Source: Nitrospiraceae bacterium (lineage in GTDB: Bacteria; Nitrospirota; Thermodesulfovibrionia; UBA6902). From it: a DNA stretch of 64,000 nucleotides. The stretch covers positions 700,128 to 764,127 of the forward strand of contig CP070632.1 of assembly GCA_020356065.1 (NCBI GenBank). The letters run 5' to 3'. The notes under the pieces were generated by a model that saw only the letters and a list, made by a program, of their open reading frames with translations, did not search any database and had not been told where the DNA came from. This document shows, one piece after another, positions 60,006-64,000 of this stretch. The translations under genes and the position numbers were made by a program. Each line of letters starts with the position of its first letter. The first letter of the stretch is position 1.

Positions 60006-62684
60006 ATGAGCGAGACATCATTGAAAGAAACTGAAAAGAATAGAGACGTATCTGCACTACTCATCAGGTCATGGGTCAATCTCGTTATATCACACCCGTT
60101 TTTAACTATCACCCTTGTATTTCTGTTAACAACCGTTGTCCTGGGTTATACAGTAAGCCATTTTAATATAAACAGTGATTTCGACGCGCTTGTTTCTCAT
60201 GATACCCCGTTCAGGAAAATCAAAAGAGAGTTTAATAATGCCTTTCCCATGCTTTCAGGTACGCTGGTAGTAGTCATTGATGCTGAAACACCGGAACAGG
60301 CCATGCTCGCGCATGATCGGATGACCGAGCGTCTGAAAAATGAGACAGGTCCTTTCAAATATATATATCAACCGGGAGGGGGAGAGTTTTTTAAGAAGAA
60401 CGGACTGTTGTATAAAGACATGGATGAGCTTGAAGACCTGGCTGATAACCTTGCTGATGTTCAGCCCTTCCTCGGCCTCATATCAGAAGACCTCAGTTTA
60501 AGGGGTTTTTTTTCAACCCTTGAAAAAGCCATACATGAAGATGATGAATCTGAAGTCAGTGAAGAAAAGCTTGCTATGGTATTTAACCGTATGATCCGGG
60601 TATTCAACAGTGCGGCAGATGGGAAATCATATCAGCTTTCATGGCAGGAAATCATGATGGATAAAACGCCGACAGGATCTGACCTGCGCAAATTTATTGT
60701 TTTGAAGCCTGTTGATGGCCCCGGACTTTTATCAATCAAGGATGCAATATCTCTGATACGCGGAATTGCAAAAGAATTACTCCTTGATGAAGAGCACGGA
60801 GTAAAGGTTCGTATAACCGGATCCAAGGCCCTTGATTATGAGAACCTTTTAACTGTGCGGAGGGGTATGGGGATAGCGCTGCTCGTGTCCATATGTCTGG
60901 TGGGAATAATTTTATATGCCGGTTTAGGTTCCGGGCGTCTTGTTTTTGCAAGCCTGCTGACTCTCATGACGGGATTAATCTTGACCACGGGATTTGCTAT
61001 TGCCGGCATAGGTCATCTTAACCTGATCTCTGTAACCTTTGCAGTGCTTTTTATAGGACTTGGGATAGATTATTCCATTCAGCTTTGCCTGAGATACAGA
61101 GAACTGATAGATACCGGATTGAACCGGGTTGATTCCATTTTAGGCTCTGCGTTTGGTGTTGGCAAAAGTCTGTTGATCTGCACCGTTACAACTGCAATCG
61201 GTTTTTATGCTTTTATTCCGACCGCTTATGCCGGAGTCTCAGAGCTGGGGATGATATCGGGAACAGGCATGTTTATCAGTTTCTTTGCGAACGTTACTCT
61301 TCTTCCCGCGCTGCTGGATCTGATACCACATAAAAAAGGGACAGTGCTTCCCTTTTCAGTCGGAGAGAAAATTTCCCAATTTCCATATACGCATGCCAGA
61401 GCAATAGCATTTGCGGCTCTAATTACCGGACTGGTGACTGTCTTTCTTTTTCCCAGTGTTTATTTTAACTATAATCCATTAAGCCTTTACGATCCGGATG
61501 CAGAGTCGGTTATTACTGCAAATGAGCTTTTTGAAGATCCGGATACCTCGCCTTGGACGGCATCGGTACTCACCGATAATATGAAAGAAGCAAATGAGAT
61601 TGCTTCATCTCTCTCCGAACTTGAGGAGGTCGATAAAACCATCACCCTCCATGACTTTGTACCGGATGAACAACCGGACAAACTTGTTCTCATTTCAGAC
61701 ATGGCCCTTTTCCTTCCATACTCAGGCAATCTCTACATTGAATCGCTTGAATTAGACGAATATATTGAAGCGCTGATATCTTTTGAAAAGGAATTAAGGC
61801 AACTGCAGACATCAGAAGAGCAGGCTTCATTACACTCTGTAGCAACCAGTCTACTTGAAAGCATTGTCCGCTTTAAAGAAGATGTGATGCAAAACACGGA
61901 AAAGGGAATAACTTCATTCAATATCGTTGAAAATGCCATGCTCGGTCACCTGCCGTTGCTGCTCGATAATCTTAAGACCTCACTCACTGCAGATGAGTTT
62001 GATGAAGCTGATTTGCCCTTAGAACTGACTGAACGCTATAAATCCATCGATGGACGTTATCGGGTTCAGGTCATCCCTTCTGAAAATATAACCGACAGAC
62101 ATGCTCATGAACGCTTTGTCAATGCTGTTTACAGCAGGGCACCGAACGCAACTGATGCCCCTGTTGTCATACTTGAAACAGGAAGGACAATCATCTCATC
62201 ATTCAGGCAGGCGACGTTATCTGCTCTGCTGGTAATTACTTTATTCCTTTTTATTATCTTGAGAAGCATGAGAGGAACATTGCTTATTCTTGTACCTCTT
62301 CTGTTATCGGTTATGCTTACAGCAGCAACGTCGGTGATTTTAAACCTCCCGCTTAATTATGCCAATGTCATTGTTGTTCCGTTACTCCTCGGTATCGGAG
62401 TTGACAATGGTATTCATTTTATCCATCGTTTCCGCAGCGAACCTCCTGAACATGGTAATATGCTGAAAACCAGTACGTCACGGTCTGTTTTTTTCAGTTC
62501 CCTGACAACAATAGTGAGCTTCAGCAGTCTGTCTTTTTCAGCTCACAGAGGGACTGCGAGTATGGGGCAGCTTCTTACCATATGTATGGTGTTTCTGATT
62601 ATTAATACAATGGTATTGCTGCCTTCTCTATTAAAGCTGTTTTTACAGAAACAGACAATGATGAGACGTATGCGGAAAGATTAA
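60006..62684 (+). CDS. hpnN: hopanoid-associated RND/MMPL-type transporter HpnN-like
   Basis: 892 aa with two 6-TM bundles and two periplasmic domains. It has the MMPL/HpnN-like architecture in a hopanoid context. Confidence 0.8.
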   Translation: MSETSLKETEKNRDVSALLIRSWVNLVISHPFLTITLVFLLTTVVLGYTVSHFNINSDFDALVSHDTPFRKIKREFNNAFPMLSGTLVVVIDAETPEQAMLAHDRMTERLKNETGPFKYIYQPGGGEFFKKNGLLYKDMDELEDLADNLADVQPFLGLISEDLSLRGFFSTLEKAIHEDDESEVSEEKLAMVFNRMIRVFNSAADGKSYQLSWQEIMMDKTPTGSDLRKFIVLKPVDGPGLLSIKDAISLIRGIAKELLLDEEHGVKVRITGSKALDYENLLTVRRGMGIALLVSICLVGIILYAGLGSGRLVFASLLTLMTGLILTTGFAIAGIGHLNLISVTFAVLFIGLGIDYSIQLCLRYRELIDTGLNRVDSILGSAFGVGKSLLICTVTTAIGFYAFIPTAYAGVSELGMISGTGMFISFFANVTLLPALLDLIPHKKGTVLPFSVGEKISQFPYTHARAIAFAALITGLVTVFLFPSVYFNYNPLSLYDPDAESVITANELFEDPDTSPWTASVLTDNMKEANEIASSLSELEEVDKTITLHDFVPDEQPDKLVLISDMALFLPYSGNLYIESLELDEYIEALISFEKELRQLQTSEEQASLHSVATSLLESIVRFKEDVMQNTEKGITSFNIVENAMLGHLPLLLDNLKTSLTADEFDEADLPLELTERYKSIDGRYRVQVIPSENITDRHAHERFVNAVYSRAPNATDAPVVILETGRTIISSFRQATLSALLVITLFLFIILRSMRGTLLILVPLLLSVMLTAATSVILNLPLNYANVIVVPLLLGIGVDNGIHFIHRFRSEPPEHGNMLKTSTSRSVFFSSLTTIVSFSSLSFSAHRGTASMGQLLTICMVFLIINTMVLLPSLLKLFLQKQTMMRRMRKD

Positions 62685-62700
62685 ATGGAAACAGGTAATT

Positions 62701-63684
62701 TTGCGGCCGTATCTATCACTGACGACACTGGCAAAAAAAATGGAACGTGCAGGAAAAAATTCTGAAGCTGTATCGTTAAAACCTGATTATCGAATTGCTG
62801 TGTGGATAGTTCCGGTCATTTACTGGCTTGCCCTTTATACATTTACCGGCAGCATTGAAAAAGACCATCTGGTCTATGGCGGAACTATTCTCCTGCTTTA
62901 CCACCTCGGCTCATACGGACCGCGTATTCTGGGTTTTCTTCTTCCCTTTGTGCTCACCGGGATGATTTACGACAGCCAGAGATTTTGGGCTCATATGGTC
63001 CGACCAATACCTCATATAGCTGATCTTTATTACTTAGAAAAACAGCTGTTCGGTATTAGAACTGAACAGGGTGTGCTCACTCCCAACGAATGGTTCGGCC
63101 ATCACCTTCATCCCTTTTTTGACTTTATCACGGGGCTGGCCTATCTCACTTTTGTTGGTGTCTTCATGCTCACTGCCCTTTATCTGAGTTATCGGCTTTA
63201 TAAGGAAGCAGGCGAAAAGTGGCCGGCAGACCGCAGGAAGGCGCTCATGAGCGCTCTCCCATGGTCATTCCTTATAGTGAACCTTATGGGATACACTACC
63301 TGGTTGCTCTTTCCTGCGGCTCCTCCCTGGTATGTTGAACTGTATGGCCTTGATACAGTACTGGAGCAGGTTCCGGTAGATCCGGCCCGAACTGTCCGCT
63401 TCGATGCACTTCTCGGCACAGGTTTTTTTACGGATCTTTACGGTTATGAGTCCAATGCCTATGGTGCGCTACCGTCACTTCATATCTCCTATCCGACGAT
63501 TTCATTTTTCTATGCCTTCCGAATTGGTTCTGCCCGGATATTCAGTGCCGTTTTCCTGGTGCTCATGTGTTTTTCGGCTGTGTATCTTAACCACCACTAC
63601 GTTATTGATGTTATTCTCGGGGCACTATATGGTGTCATTGCGGCAATCCTGACACCATATCTGATTAAAAAATGGGCGAAGTAA
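62701..63684 (+). CDS. PAP2-superfamily integral membrane lipid phosphatase / phosphotransferase (Aur1/PgpB-like)
   Basis: Polytopic, with PAP2 C2/C3-like motifs (…PSLHISYP… and …NHHYVIDVILGALYG…). It starts at TTG, 17 nt after the hpnN stop. Confidence 0.7.
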   Translation: MRPYLSLTTLAKKMERAGKNSEAVSLKPDYRIAVWIVPVIYWLALYTFTGSIEKDHLVYGGTILLLYHLGSYGPRILGFLLPFVLTGMIYDSQRFWAHMVRPIPHIADLYYLEKQLFGIRTEQGVLTPNEWFGHHLHPFFDFITGLAYLTFVGVFMLTALYLSYRLYKEAGEKWPADRRKALMSALPWSFLIVNLMGYTTWLLFPAAPPWYVELYGLDTVLEQVPVDPARTVRFDALLGTGFFTDLYGYESNAYGALPSLHISYPTISFFYAFRIGSARIFSAVFLVLMCFSAVYLNHHYVIDVILGALYGVIAAILTPYLIKKWAK

Positions 63685-63910
63685 AACTGGGCATCACTGC
63701 ATTGCATGCATAACATGGGATAGAATATTCATGAGAAATTGCCGGGCATGTAAATAATTCAACCAGCAGGACGCATGTACCTGATTTGCCAGGACGTAAC
63801 AAAAGGCTTCATTTACGCACGGATAAGATATAATAAAATAAAACGGAGTATATACTTTAACTGAGTACTCTCATCATCCTAACAATTAAGTGCCGTGGAG
63901 GATCATTACC

Positions 63911-64000
63911 ATGTACCTGATACGTGACAAAACAGTATTCATTATCCTTACTTTAATCTTATGTCTTCCGGCCCATGGAAAAATTGGAGATACAGGAGCG
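63911..64000 (+). CDS. 5' end of a secreted/membrane protein (signal peptide), continues beyond window
   Basis: GGAGG sits 9 nt upstream. MYLIRDKTVFIILTLILCLPAHG… is a signal peptide. Confidence 0.35.
   Translation, partial: MYLIRDKTVFIILTLILCLPAHGKIGDTGA

Overview
The window is a chromosomal segment from a moderately AT-rich, probably anaerobic Gram-negative bacterium. Its content suggests a Deltaproteobacteria- or Nitrospirae-like lineage. No transposases, integrases, phage genes or CRISPR arrays are present.

Layout:
- 1-12.3 kb, mostly minus strand: a core translation block. It runs tRNA-Val, thrS, infC, rpmI, rplT, pheS, pheT, with infC and probably thrS starting at AUU. It also holds cca, a cspA-family gene, a MEMO1-like gene, dnaB and rplI.
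- 12.5-30.7 kb, minus strand: a GlcD-like FAD oxidase, smc, an unannotated 30-codon bS22-like ribosomal protein gene, a 1402-aa double acyl-CoA-dehydratase-activase/dehydratase fusion preceded by an MTH1187/YkoF gene, a divergent EF-G paralogue, rseC, cimA, lysC and an apgM-type mutase that is possibly a non-canonical homoserine kinase.
- 31-47 kb: cell-envelope and miscellaneous genes. These are an outer-membrane beta-barrel, a YejM/LapC-like membrane sulfatase-fold protein, YkgJ, a TetR regulator, a TPR protein, ftsE-ftsX-envC, a CGGC-domain protein, tag, a SYLF protein, an OYE reductase, a SPOR protein and a GT2 plus ArnT/PMT-like GT-C-TPR pair.
- 47-52 kb: an AcrB-type RND pump and a TolC-like channel with no adaptor gene.
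- 52-63.7 kb: a hopanoid locus of hpnG, hpnH, hpnA, shc, idi and hpnN, interleaved with two uncharacterised membrane proteins and followed by a PAP2 phosphatase.

Most worth a second look are a helically phased GTTCAA/TTGAAC repeat array with a central palindrome in the pheS-pheT spacer, the bS22-like micro-gene, the AUU starts, the non-canonical members of the hopanoid locus, and a 26-bp palindrome in the idi/hpnN divergent promoter.
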